From: Planctomycetota bacterium
GTDB lineage: Bacteria; Planctomycetota; GCA-002687715; CAIWVZ01
Assembly: GCA_044222185.1 (NCBI GenBank)
Contig: JBGANV010000001.1
Span: 448,001-512,000 of the forward strand
Reading direction: 5' to 3'
DNA: 64,000 nt
Below, in pieces: positions 26,666 through 35,754 of the stretch (positions within the stretch are counted from its first letter, which is position 1; each line of letters opens with the position of its first letter). Below the pieces are notes generated by a model. That model saw only the letters and a program-made list of their open reading frames with translations, ran no database searches and was not told the DNA's origin. A program made the position numbers and the translations under genes.

Positions 26666-27679
26666 GTGGGCAAAAAGTTACCAGCGTGGTTTGCGGCGAT
26701 CAAGCTGCCATCGCGTGCCACGCACCCGCGGAGGCGTTCGCTTCGGCCGGCATCGGCCATCCTCCTCGGAGTGGTCGGTTTGGCGGGATGCGGGGAAAAC
26801 GCCCCACGAATCGACCTCGTCGCGCACCAGGCCTTCGCGCCCGACGCCCTTCGCACGGTGCCGTCTCCGACGCTCCACTTTTCCGACGCGATTCCTCCTG
26901 ACGCGCCTCGGACGATCGTCTGTGTCATCCCGAGCATGACCGAGGTCGTGTTCGCGCTCGGGCTCGGGGACCGCCTCGCCGCTCGGTCGGACTTCTGCGA
27001 CTGGCCCCCCGAGTGCGAGACCCGGCCGGCGCTCGGCAACCAGCAGACCTTGAGCCTGGAACGGGCCGCCGACTTCCGACCCGACCTCGTGATCTGGTGG
27101 GCCCACCTCCCGGATCAGGTGAAGCTCCTTCGCGAGACCTTCCGGCTCACGGTCGTGACGCCCGGCACCGAGAACCGGACCGAGACGCTCGACGGCATCC
27201 GGACCGTCGCGCGGGCCTGTGGCGTCCCCGGCCGGGGCGACGCCCTGGTTTCGCACATCCAGACGGGGCTGGACGACGCTCGGCGCCATTTCGCGGGAGC
27301 CGGGGCCGTGAGAGCCCTCGTGGTGCTCGACCATAGTGACGTCCTCTACGTTCCCGGCCGAACGTCCTTCCTACAGGACCTGTTCGACATCGTCGGGGCG
27401 ACGAACGTCGCAGCCGGGTTGGAAGGCGGCACGTGGCCGACGGTCGGATTCGAGCGGGTCCTGGAATGGGATCCTGACGTGATCGTCGACCTGTCGATCG
27501 GAGATGGGGCAGGGAACGCCGTCAAGCAGGCGGCGGCGTTCTGGGAGCGGCACCCGGAGGTCCGGGCCGTACGAAGCTCTGCCGTCCATTTCGTCAGTGC
27601 CGGCGTCCTCGTGCGGCCGGGTCCACGACTTCCGGCGGTGGCCGAGGCGTTCGGTCGTATCGTGCACCATGCTCATTGA
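26666..27679 (+). CDS. Helical-backbone metal/cobalamin/siderophore-binding lipoprotein (BtuF/FecB-like)
   Basis: Lipobox LAG-C; IV...PS.TE..FALG, S.FCDWP, PDLVI, RPGPRL. Start codon uncertain. Confidence 0.85.
   Translation: MGKKLPAWFAAIKLPSRATHPRRRSLRPASAILLGVVGLAGCGENAPRIDLVAHQAFAPDALRTVPSPTLHFSDAIPPDAPRTIVCVIPSMTEVVFALGLGDRLAARSDFCDWPPECETRPALGNQQTLSLERAADFRPDLVIWWAHLPDQVKLLRETFRLTVVTPGTENRTETLDGIRTVARACGVPGRGDALVSHIQTGLDDARRHFAGAGAVRALVVLDHSDVLYVPGRTSFLQDLFDIVGATNVAAGLEGGTWPTVGFERVLEWDPDVIVDLSIGDGAGNAVKQAAAFWERHPEVRAVRSSAVHFVSAGVLVRPGPRLPAVAEAFGRIVHHAH
26675..26703 (-). promoter_or_regulatory. Putative tRNA-Ala promoter
   Basis: Minus strand TTGATC (26703-26698)-N17-TAACTT (26680-26675). 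Confidence 0.55.
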
Positions 27680-28679
27680 GCGCCCGCTCACGACACCCAG
27701 GCGCGTCATCCGCTGCGTCGCGCTCGGCCTGTTTTCCGTCGCGCTCGCGCTCGCGGTCGCGCTCCTCGTCGGCCAGACGCGCATCGACGTCGGGCGCCTC
27801 CTCCGGTTCGACCCGGCTGATCTGGAATACCAGAAGGTCTGGGGCTATCGGCTGCCCCGGGCGGTCGCAGCATTGATCGTCGGCGGAGCGCTCGGGGTTG
27901 GCGGCGTCGTGTTCCAGGCGTTGATCCGCAATCCGCTCGCCTCGCCGTACGTGCTCGGCGTCTCGACCGGCGGTTCGCTCGGTGCCGTTCTCGCCGTGAC
28001 GGCCGGCGTGGCCTGGACCGGGCCGGCCGCGTTTGCGGGTGCCGTCGGCGCGGTCGTGCTCGTCTGGACGGTCGCGCGTTCCGAGGGCCGTGTCGCTCCG
28101 GTCACCCTCCTTCTGGCCGGCGTGATCGTGAACGCGTTCTTCTCCGCCGCGATCATGTTCGTGAACCTGATGGCGGCACCGACCGACCAGAACCGGATCC
28201 TGCGTTGGTTGATCGGGGGACTGCACGACCAGTACGGGTGGGATGCGCTCGCCCAGGCCGGGGGGACCGTCGTCCTCGCGACGGGGCTTCTCTTCGTGAT
28301 GTCGCGGCAGTTGAACCTGCTGTCCATCTCCGAATCGACCGGCGAACGGGCCGGGCTGGACGTACCCCGCGTGCGCACGGTCCTCTTTCTCCTCGGCTCG
28401 TTGCTGACGGCGGTCGCCGTCTCGATCTCGGGTCCCATCGCGTTCGTCGGCCTGATCGTGCCGCACGTGCTTCGGCTGCTCGCCGGTCCGGACCACCGTG
28501 TCCTCGTTCCTCTGGCAGCGCTCGTCGGTGGGAGCTTCCTCGTGCTGGTCGACGTCCTCGGCCAGACCGTCTATCGCACTCCGCTTCCCGCGGGAGTCAT
28601 CACCGCCTTCGTCGGAGGTCCCCTCTTCCTCTATCTCTTGCGTCGCCGCGACCGGGCGAGGGCGGGCCTCCATGGGTGA
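27669..28679 (+). CDS. FecCD/BtuC-family ABC permease
   Basis: RLPR, Q.LIRNPLASPY.LGVS.G, G.IAFVGLIVPH, P.GVITA.VG.P.F. Confidence 0.92.
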   Translation: MLIERPLTTPRRVIRCVALGLFSVALALAVALLVGQTRIDVGRLLRFDPADLEYQKVWGYRLPRAVAALIVGGALGVGGVVFQALIRNPLASPYVLGVSTGGSLGAVLAVTAGVAWTGPAAFAGAVGAVVLVWTVARSEGRVAPVTLLLAGVIVNAFFSAAIMFVNLMAAPTDQNRILRWLIGGLHDQYGWDALAQAGGTVVLATGLLFVMSRQLNLLSISESTGERAGLDVPRVRTVLFLLGSLLTAVAVSISGPIAFVGLIVPHVLRLLAGPDHRVLVPLAALVGGSFLVLVDVLGQTVYRTPLPAGVITAFVGGPLFLYLLRRRDRARAGLHG

Positions 28680-29466
28680 CGTGCTCACTGCCCGAGACTT
28701 GCGATTCCGGTACAGGGGTGGCCCGCCCGTACTCTGCGGCGTCGAGCTCGCGGTTGCGCCTCACGAACTCGTCGTCGTGATCGGCCCCAACGGCTGTGGA
28801 AAATCCACGCTCCTGCGTGTCTGCTCCGGCCTCGAGAAGGCCGAGAGCGGCAGCGTCCGGGTCGAAGGCTCCGATCTCGGCGCACTCTCCGCCCGGCAGC
28901 GCGCGATGACCATCGGATACCTGCCGCAGTCCGACACGATCGACGTCCCGTTCACGGTTTTCGAACTCGTCCTCATGAGCCGCTTCGCGCTTCAGGGGTG
29001 GTGGCCGTTCGAGGGCCAGGCCGACCTCTCGGCGGCCGAGGCCGCACTGCGGCGAGCCGGGGTCCACGCGTTCTCCGATCGGCTCCCCCAGGAGATCTCG
29101 GGCGGAGAGCGGCAGCGCGTCCAACTCGCGCGGACGCTCGTGAACGAGCCCAAACTGCTCTTGCTGGACGAGCCCGCGGCAAGCCTGGATCCGCGCTACC
29201 AGCTCGAAACCTACGAACTGGTCCGCGCGCTCTGCACGGAGCAGCCATGCGGCGCCGTCGTCGTGTCCCACGACTTGAACCTTGCAGCCATGTACGCCGA
29301 TCGCGTCGTCGTCATGAAGGATGGCCGCGTCGCGGCGGTCGGCCGCCCCGAGGAGGTCGTCACACCGAGCGTCCTCGAGCCCGTCTACGAAGCGACCTTC
29401 GACGAGGCGGTGGGCGTCGGCGGCCGCCGCCTGCTCGCGCCCAGGCGGTCACCCCGAGCGCTCTGA
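28672..29466 (+). CDS. Iron-chelate/cobalamin ABC transporter ATP-binding protein
   Basis: GPNGCGKST, ISGGERQRV, LLLDEP, VSHDLNLAA.YAD. Confidence 0.92.
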   Translation: MGDVLTARDLRFRYRGGPPVLCGVELAVAPHELVVVIGPNGCGKSTLLRVCSGLEKAESGSVRVEGSDLGALSARQRAMTIGYLPQSDTIDVPFTVFELVLMSRFALQGWWPFEGQADLSAAEAALRRAGVHAFSDRLPQEISGGERQRVQLARTLVNEPKLLLLDEPAASLDPRYQLETYELVRALCTEQPCGAVVVSHDLNLAAMYADRVVVMKDGRVAAVGRPEEVVTPSVLEPVYEATFDEAVGVGGRRLLAPRRSPRAL

Positions 29467-29562
29467 AGCGAACATCCTCTCCTCGCCGGCCGCCACGAAT
29501 CTCCGCGCGGCGCGGTTGTGGCCTGTGGTCGCGGCGGGTTTCACTACAATGCCGGTCCGACC

Positions 29563-30627
29563 ATGGACCAGCACCAACGTGATCGACGTCTGATCGCCCT
29601 CGCGGTTCTCGCCATCCTGTGCGCTGGTGTCTACGTGGTCGTCGAGCCGTTCTTCGCCGCAGTCGCCTGGGCAATCGTTCTCGTGCTCGCGACGTGGCCG
29701 CTTTATCGACGCATGCGTCGTCTCGTACCGCGCTTTCCCAGTCTCTCCGCCCTGGTGATGACGCTCTTGCTCGCGCTGTTCATCATCATCCCGGTTGGGG
29801 CGCTGTTGAAGCAGGCCGCCGAGGAACTGCAGACCGGCGTGGAAAAGACCCAGGCGTGGCTGGCGAAGCCGGACGCGGAGTTGCCGCCGTCCGTCGCCAA
29901 GATCCCGTGGATCGGTGCCGACATCGTGAAGCGCTTCAATGACGCCGCCGACAAGCGTCAGCAGGTCGCCGAGTGGTTTCGCGAGAATCGACCGGAGCTC
30001 GTCGACGTCGCGAAAGGCGTCGTCGGGAGGATCGCTGGCGGCATCTTCAAGGTCGCCATGTGCCTCTTCTGCGCGTTCTTCTTCTACCTGCACGGCGACA
30101 CGCTTGCTGCGCAGGTTCAGCGGGTGGCGATTCGCGTCGGCGGCTCGCGGTTCTCCGACCTGCTCCGGACGACGCGGGCGACCGTTCGCGCCGCGGTGTA
30201 CGGCGTGCTCTTGACCGCGCTGGCACAGGGCGCTCTCGCGGGGATCGGCTTCTTCGTCGCCGACACGCCGGTGCCGCTGCTTCTCGCGTTGTTCACGGTC
30301 GTCGCATCACTCATCCCGTTCGGACCACCGGTGATCTACCTGGGTGCGGCCGGCGCGTTGCTCGCCCAGGGTGCGCCGTGGTGGCACGCGGCACTGCTCG
30401 CAGGCTGGGGCCTGGGGATCGTCAGCAGCGCCGACAACGTGATCCGCCCCGTCTTCATCAGTCAGGCCACGCAGACGCCACTCTTGGTCGTGTTCCTCGG
30501 AGTCATCGGAGGACTCGTCGCGTTCGGCCTCATCGGAGTCGTCATCGGCCCGGTGATCCTGACGGTTGCTTCCGTGCTGTGGAAGGAGTGGGCCCAGCCC
30601 GACGAACCCGCGAGCATCGGCGGCTGA
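29563..30627 (+). CDS. AI-2E family transporter
   Basis: About 8 TMs; DNVIRP, GGLVAFGLIGVVIGP. Confidence 0.9.
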   Translation: MDQHQRDRRLIALAVLAILCAGVYVVVEPFFAAVAWAIVLVLATWPLYRRMRRLVPRFPSLSALVMTLLLALFIIIPVGALLKQAAEELQTGVEKTQAWLAKPDAELPPSVAKIPWIGADIVKRFNDAADKRQQVAEWFRENRPELVDVAKGVVGRIAGGIFKVAMCLFCAFFFYLHGDTLAAQVQRVAIRVGGSRFSDLLRTTRATVRAAVYGVLLTALAQGALAGIGFFVADTPVPLLLALFTVVASLIPFGPPVIYLGAAGALLAQGAPWWHAALLAGWGLGIVSSADNVIRPVFISQATQTPLLVVFLGVIGGLVAFGLIGVVIGPVILTVASVLWKEWAQPDEPASIGG

Positions 30628-30634
30628 CGGCCCC

Positions 30635-32293
30635 TCAAAACGCGTCGCGCGCCGGCAAGGTTCCGAGCGTGGCGCCCGGGCGTGTGACGGACTCGCCGAG
30701 GATCCCGCGGTAGTCGATTCCGGGGAAGATGGCATCCCCGCGTTCGATGGTCGCAAGGAAGTCGGGGTCGGGCGGGGGCGCGCCGTCCAGCATGTCTTCG
30801 AGGCGCAGGAACCGGTCGACGTGGTCGCGGGCGCGCATCTCGGCGTAATGGGCCGAGGTCTGCATGGTGATGATGAACGCCCAGTCCGACGACTGCAGCA
30901 GGAGCAGCTCACGCGCCATCTGGTTCAGGATGCGCAGGTGAAGCGGCGATGGAACGACGTGACGGCGCGCGCGGTCGATCATGCGGCGCTCGAGCTCGTG
31001 CTGATGGCGCAGCACCCACGCGTTGGTTTCGTTGAGCCAGACCTCGAGGAAACCGTTCCGGCCCCACGTCGTCGATGGACTGTGAGCGAGGGAGATGGGG
31101 CCACTCGCTGCCAGGACTTCGGACGGAGTGGAGAACCGGAATGAGAGCTCGGGTCGCGCGGCGGCGTTGCGGAACAGCTGCTCGAGGAACCAGGGGCCCT
31201 CGTACCACCAGTGCCCGAAGAGCTCGCAGTCGTACGGCGCCGTGACGCAAACGCGCTCACGTATCGTCGCGGCGACCGCGCGGACGGCGTCATGGCGCGA
31301 CGTGACGAAGTGCTGCGCGTGTTCGCGGGCGCGCGCCTTCGCGACGTCGACGTCGTAGAGATCCTTTTCGTGAAGCTCCGTCTTGCCGGTGACGCGGTGA
31401 TACTTGATGCCGAGGTTGCGGCGGATCCCGTCGCTCTGGAGCCACGGCTTCACGTATTCGTACGGGCCGTCGAAACCCAGATCCCGGTAGAGCTCGCGGT
31501 AGGCCGGGTCACCTGGATACCCGACGGACGAAGACCACACCTGCCGCCCCGATGCCTGGTCGCGCCCGAAGCCCGCCACGCCGGCCGGCAGGCGGATCGG
31601 CCGCCACAGCCCCGACTTCGGGTGCGGACTCGCGCCGAGCACGCCGTGCGATTCCAGGATCACGTAGCGGACGCCCGCGTCCGCCAGCAGTCGGTCGATG
31701 CCCGGAGCGAACGCACATTCGGGAAGCCAGAAGCCCGCGGGACGTCGGCCGAAGACCTCCTCGTACAGTTCGACGCCCAGGCGGATCTGGAAGCTTCGCC
31801 CCAGATCGGTCGCGCAGAGCGGCAGCACCGCATGCGTCGCGGCCGATGCCAGGATCTCGACCCGACCGGCGGCCAGGTGTCGGCGGAACGCGCCCACGAG
31901 GTCGCCGCGCTCGCCCTCGAAGAACTCTCGCATCTGGCGGAAGCGCCCCAGGTAGTGCTTCGCGGTCTTCGAACGGAGCGGATCCGCGGCGACGCGTGTC
32001 TTCTCGGCAGTCGCGAGTTCGACGCGTCGATCGAGGTACCTCTCGATCTTCTCGAGCAGCGCCGGGCTGCGGAGCATCTCCAGCAGGGGAGGCGTGAGCC
32101 CGATCGTGATCCGCGTCCGCACGCGATCCTGCGCGAGGTCTTCCAATATGAAGAGGAGCGGCAGGTAGCACTCGATCACGGCCTCGAAGAGCCAGTGCTC
32201 CTCGAGGAAGTCCTCGTGCTCGGGATGATGGACGTAGGGGAGGTGCCCGTGCAATGCGACGCAGCAATCCCCGAGTTCGTCGCGTCCGCTCAT
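30635..32293 (-). CDS. GH57 1,4-alpha-glucan branching enzyme (DUF1957 C-terminal domain)
   Basis: HGHLPY, WLFEA..E.Y.P, THA.LP, nucleophile FWLPE, acid/base PYDCELFGHWWYEG, ELLLLQSSDWAF. Confidence 0.93.
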   Translation of the reverse strand: MSGRDELGDCCVALHGHLPYVHHPEHEDFLEEHWLFEAVIECYLPLLFILEDLAQDRVRTRITIGLTPPLLEMLRSPALLEKIERYLDRRVELATAEKTRVAADPLRSKTAKHYLGRFRQMREFFEGERGDLVGAFRRHLAAGRVEILASAATHAVLPLCATDLGRSFQIRLGVELYEEVFGRRPAGFWLPECAFAPGIDRLLADAGVRYVILESHGVLGASPHPKSGLWRPIRLPAGVAGFGRDQASGRQVWSSSVGYPGDPAYRELYRDLGFDGPYEYVKPWLQSDGIRRNLGIKYHRVTGKTELHEKDLYDVDVAKARAREHAQHFVTSRHDAVRAVAATIRERVCVTAPYDCELFGHWWYEGPWFLEQLFRNAAARPELSFRFSTPSEVLAASGPISLAHSPSTTWGRNGFLEVWLNETNAWVLRHQHELERRMIDRARRHVVPSPLHLRILNQMARELLLLQSSDWAFIITMQTSAHYAEMRARDHVDRFLRLEDMLDGAPPPDPDFLATIERGDAIFPGIDYRGILGESVTRPGATLGTLPARDAF

Positions 32294-34191
32294 GCTCTCT
32301 CCGGGTGGACGTCGGGCGGCATGGTGACGGGGCCGGCCGTGAGGATCTGGCGGGGCGGGTCGTCGGGGATCTCGATCAGGAGCTCTGCCTCGTAGGTCGC
32401 GCCGGGCGATACGGTGACGAACCAGTTGTGCGCAATGCCGCCGAGCGGCGTGTCGATGACCGCGCGGGTGTGGTGATCCACGATGCGCAGGGTGTACCGG
32501 ATCCCGTCCTTTCGCGCGGGCGCAATCGCACTGAGCCGATCGATGGCCTGTGGTCCACCGAGTTCCCACGCGCAGAACAACGTCCACGGATCGCGGGCAA
32601 TCGCGACCATGACGTCGCGAGGATAGTGATCGGGGACGGCGGCGAGGGGAGGCAGGATCGCGACCGTCGGCTCGACGATCTCGGGCTCGAGGAGGTCCGC
32701 GAGATGTTCGCTGCCGCCGCGGCGGCGCTCGATCGCTTCTTCGAACAGCTCCAGGTACTCGGCGGCGCTCTTGCCCCACGAGAGGTCCGTCGTCATGCCG
32801 GCGCGCTGGACGGACCGGTAGTCGTCGCGTTTTTCGAAGAGCTTCAGCGCACGCTCGACCGCCTTTGCGAGCGCCTCAGCGGCGTCCTCGTCGAACTGGA
32901 AGCCCGTCGCCGTTCCCGCCGCGATCGACGCATCCGTCGCATCGACGACCGTGTCGGCGAGGCCGCCGGTTCGCCGAACGATCGGCGGTGTTCCGTACCG
33001 CATCGAGATCAGTTGATTCAGACCGCAGGGCTCGAAACGCGACGGCATGAGGAAGAAGTCGGCACCCGCTTCGATCCTGTGGGAGAACGGTTCGTCGAAT
33101 CCCGCCTTGGCGAACGCTCGTCGCGGGAAGCGCCTGGCGATCCGCGCGAACGACTGTTCGAGTGACTTGTCGCCGGACCCGAGGGCGACGAAGCGTACTT
33201 TCGGTTCTCGCGCCAAGACCGCTTCGATGACGGAAGGGACGAGGTCGAGCCCTTTCTGATCGGTGTACCTGGACACGACGCCGAAGACCGGACCATCCGT
33301 CGGATCGAGCTTGCACTCTTTCAGGAGCGCCGACTTGTCGAGCGCCTTCTCTTCGATGGAGTCTTCGTCGTACGTGGCTTTCAGGGCTTTGTCCGTCGAC
33401 GGATTCCACACGTCCGTGTCGAGTCCATTGACGATCCCTCGCAGGATCGGCTCGCGCCAACGGAGCAGCCCGTCGAGGCCGTTCCCGAGCGCCTCACCGA
33501 GGATCTCGCGCGCATACGTGCGGGAGACCGTCGTGAGGGCGTCCGCGTAACGCAGACCGCTCGCGAGGAGGTTGCCCTGGCCCTTCTCCAGCATGCGTCC
33601 CTCCTCCAGAAGGAACGCAGGCACGCCAGCCTCCAGCAGATCACTGCGCGGGAAGACTCCCTGGTAGGCGAGGTTGTGAATCGTCAACACGGTCGCCGCG
33701 CGATCCAACTCCGCGTCGTGAGTCCACGAGTGTCGCAGGAGCGGCGCGACGGCGCCCGTCTGCCAATCGTTGAGGTGGAAGACGTCTGGGAAGAACCCCG
33801 TGGCGCGCGGCAGCCGGATCGCCGCTTCGCAGAAGTAGAGGAAGCGCAGGTGGCCGTCGCCGTAGGAGCCCGGGTCCTGACCGTAGATGTCGTCGTCGAC
33901 CTCGAACACGCCCTCGTTCTGGACGAAGTAGATGGGCACCTGTTCGGGGCCGGGGAGCACTCCCTTCAGCAACCGATACGGTCGTTCCTCGCCGGCAAAT
34001 CGGCACGGGACGGATTCGCTGACGACCGTAACGGCGTCGTTGCGCTTCTTGACCTTTCGGTAATAGGGCAGGACGACGGCCGTCTCCGCGCCGAGTTTGG
34101 CGAGCGCGCGCGGCAGGGCGCCCGCGACGTCTCCCAGTCCGCCGGTCTTGGCGAATGGAAAGACCTCGGACGAGAGCATCAGGACCTTCAC
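32290..34191 (-). CDS. glgA: Glycogen synthase (GT5) with C-terminal DUF4912-like extension
   Basis: KTGGLGDV, HLNDWQ, TIHNLAYQG, MPSRFEPCGLNQ, TGGLADTV; then ~135 extra aa containing ARDPWTLFCAWE. Confidence 0.93.
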   Translation of the reverse strand: MKVLMLSSEVFPFAKTGGLGDVAGALPRALAKLGAETAVVLPYYRKVKKRNDAVTVVSESVPCRFAGEERPYRLLKGVLPGPEQVPIYFVQNEGVFEVDDDIYGQDPGSYGDGHLRFLYFCEAAIRLPRATGFFPDVFHLNDWQTGAVAPLLRHSWTHDAELDRAATVLTIHNLAYQGVFPRSDLLEAGVPAFLLEEGRMLEKGQGNLLASGLRYADALTTVSRTYAREILGEALGNGLDGLLRWREPILRGIVNGLDTDVWNPSTDKALKATYDEDSIEEKALDKSALLKECKLDPTDGPVFGVVSRYTDQKGLDLVPSVIEAVLAREPKVRFVALGSGDKSLEQSFARIARRFPRRAFAKAGFDEPFSHRIEAGADFFLMPSRFEPCGLNQLISMRYGTPPIVRRTGGLADTVVDATDASIAAGTATGFQFDEDAAEALAKAVERALKLFEKRDDYRSVQRAGMTTDLSWGKSAAEYLELFEEAIERRRGGSEHLADLLEPEIVEPTVAILPPLAAVPDHYPRDVMVAIARDPWTLFCAWELGGPQAIDRLSAIAPARKDGIRYTLRIVDHHTRAVIDTPLGGIAHNWFVTVSPGATYEAELLIEIPDDPPRQILTAGPVTMPPDVHPERA

Positions 34192-34323
34192 GGGCGGAAG
34201 TCTAAGCTCCGGCGTTCGAGAAGCAACGCGAATGGACGGGGCCGTGCAGTGCGGTCCGTCGGTTTTCGGTTCGCACGTCTACGCGCATCGGGCACGGCTG
34301 AGTCACGCTCGCGCCGTGGAGGT

Positions 34324-34352
34324 TTGCCCGTCCCGACCGGTGTGATTACGAT
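34324..34352 (+). promoter_or_regulatory. Putative promoter for the ATP-grasp/YbdK pair
   Basis: TTGCCC (34324-34329)-N17-TACGAT (34347-34352). Confidence 0.45.
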
Positions 34353-34386
34353 GCGCGCCGCCCTCGGCCGGCCGGGCGTGCCCCCC

Positions 34387-35718
34387 ATGGATCCCCTTCG
34401 TCTCTACCAGGACCTCTTGTCCAGTGAGCGGCCTCGTTGGCTCGGCACCATCGACGGGCTCCGCGAGCGCCTGCGGTCCGTGAGGGCCCAGTACGGCGGT
34501 CGCGACCTGGTGCGCGTCTTCCGGCCGAAATTCGTGACGACGCAGGACCTCGCGCTCATCGACTATGTGTCGGGCGTCATCCTCGGGGCGTCCCGGCGGC
34601 TCGCGCAGATGATCCTCGTCGATCCGAAGCTGCAGGCCTTCTTCGGGCTGTCGGAGGGCGAGCTTCGCCTCGTCGCGCCCGAACCGCTCGTGCCCGATCC
34701 GTGTGCATTCACGCGCCTCGATTCGTTCCTCACACGCGAAGGCCCGCGCTTCGTCGAACTGAACGGGGAAGCCCCTGCCGGCGTCGGCTACGGCGACGTC
34801 ATCGCCGAGTCCTTCCTCGAGCATCCGCTCGTCCGGGAGTTCCAGAGGAGGACGGGCGCATTTGCGGTTTCGACACGGGAGGCCTTGCTGCGCTTCCTGC
34901 TGATGGCGTGGCGGATCGCGGGGCGAACGTCCAAGCCGTCCTTCCTCATCACGGACTACCTCGACGTCTCGACCGTCAACGAGTTCCACATCGTCTGCGA
35001 CTACATCCGCGCACGCGGTTTCGATTGCGTCGTGGAAGACCCGCGGAAGCTCGAGTACCGGGACGGAAAACTCTGGGCGCAAGGCCGCGCCTGCGACTTC
35101 GTCTACCGGCGCGTGCTCGTGAACGAGTTCCTCGATCGTGAGGACCAGCTCGCGGCGCTCTGGTCGGCCTATCGCGACCGAGCCGTCGTCATGGTGAACC
35201 CGTTCCGCTCAAAGCTCGTTCACAAGAAGATCACGTTCGCCCTTCTCACGGGTGACGGCGCCACCGACTGGCTCACGGCGGAGGAGCGCGCGGTGATCGG
35301 CCAGCACGTCCCCTGGACGCGCAAGGTCCGTGAAACCAAGACCGAGTACGGTGGGCGGACCGTCGACCTCGTGCCGTTCGTGCTCGCCAATCGCGATCGC
35401 TTCGTCCTGAAGCCCAGCGACGAATACGGGGGGCGCGGAGTCACGCTCGGGTGGCTCGTCGATCAGTCGACGTTCGAGGCCACGATGAAGGATGCGTTGA
35501 AGGCTCACTGGGTGGTCCAGGAACGCATCGACCCCGTCGAGGAGCCGTTCCCGCACTTCGATCACAATCTCGAGGACGTCCCCATGGTGGTGGACCTCGA
35601 TCCCTACGTCTATTTCGGTCGCGTCCACGGAGTCCTCGCGCGGCTCTCCGCTGGCGCGATCAGCAACGTCACGTCCGGTGGTGGTCAGGTCCCCGTGCTC
35701 TTCGTTCCAAGCTGGTGA
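34387..35718 (+). CDS. Circularly permuted ATP-grasp protein (glutathionylspermidine-synthase-like ligase)
   Basis: RLDSF, FVELNGE.PAG, YRRV, VPWTR, VLKP.DEYGG.GV, VQE, NV..GGG. Confidence 0.82.
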   Translation: MDPLRLYQDLLSSERPRWLGTIDGLRERLRSVRAQYGGRDLVRVFRPKFVTTQDLALIDYVSGVILGASRRLAQMILVDPKLQAFFGLSEGELRLVAPEPLVPDPCAFTRLDSFLTREGPRFVELNGEAPAGVGYGDVIAESFLEHPLVREFQRRTGAFAVSTREALLRFLLMAWRIAGRTSKPSFLITDYLDVSTVNEFHIVCDYIRARGFDCVVEDPRKLEYRDGKLWAQGRACDFVYRRVLVNEFLDREDQLAALWSAYRDRAVVMVNPFRSKLVHKKITFALLTGDGATDWLTAEERAVIGQHVPWTRKVRETKTEYGGRTVDLVPFVLANRDRFVLKPSDEYGGRGVTLGWLVDQSTFEATMKDALKAHWVVQERIDPVEEPFPHFDHNLEDVPMVVDLDPYVYFGRVHGVLARLSAGAISNVTSGGGQVPVLFVPSW

Positions 35719-35754
35719 CCTGACGCGAAGCCCGAGTGCCAAGGATCGGAAAAC

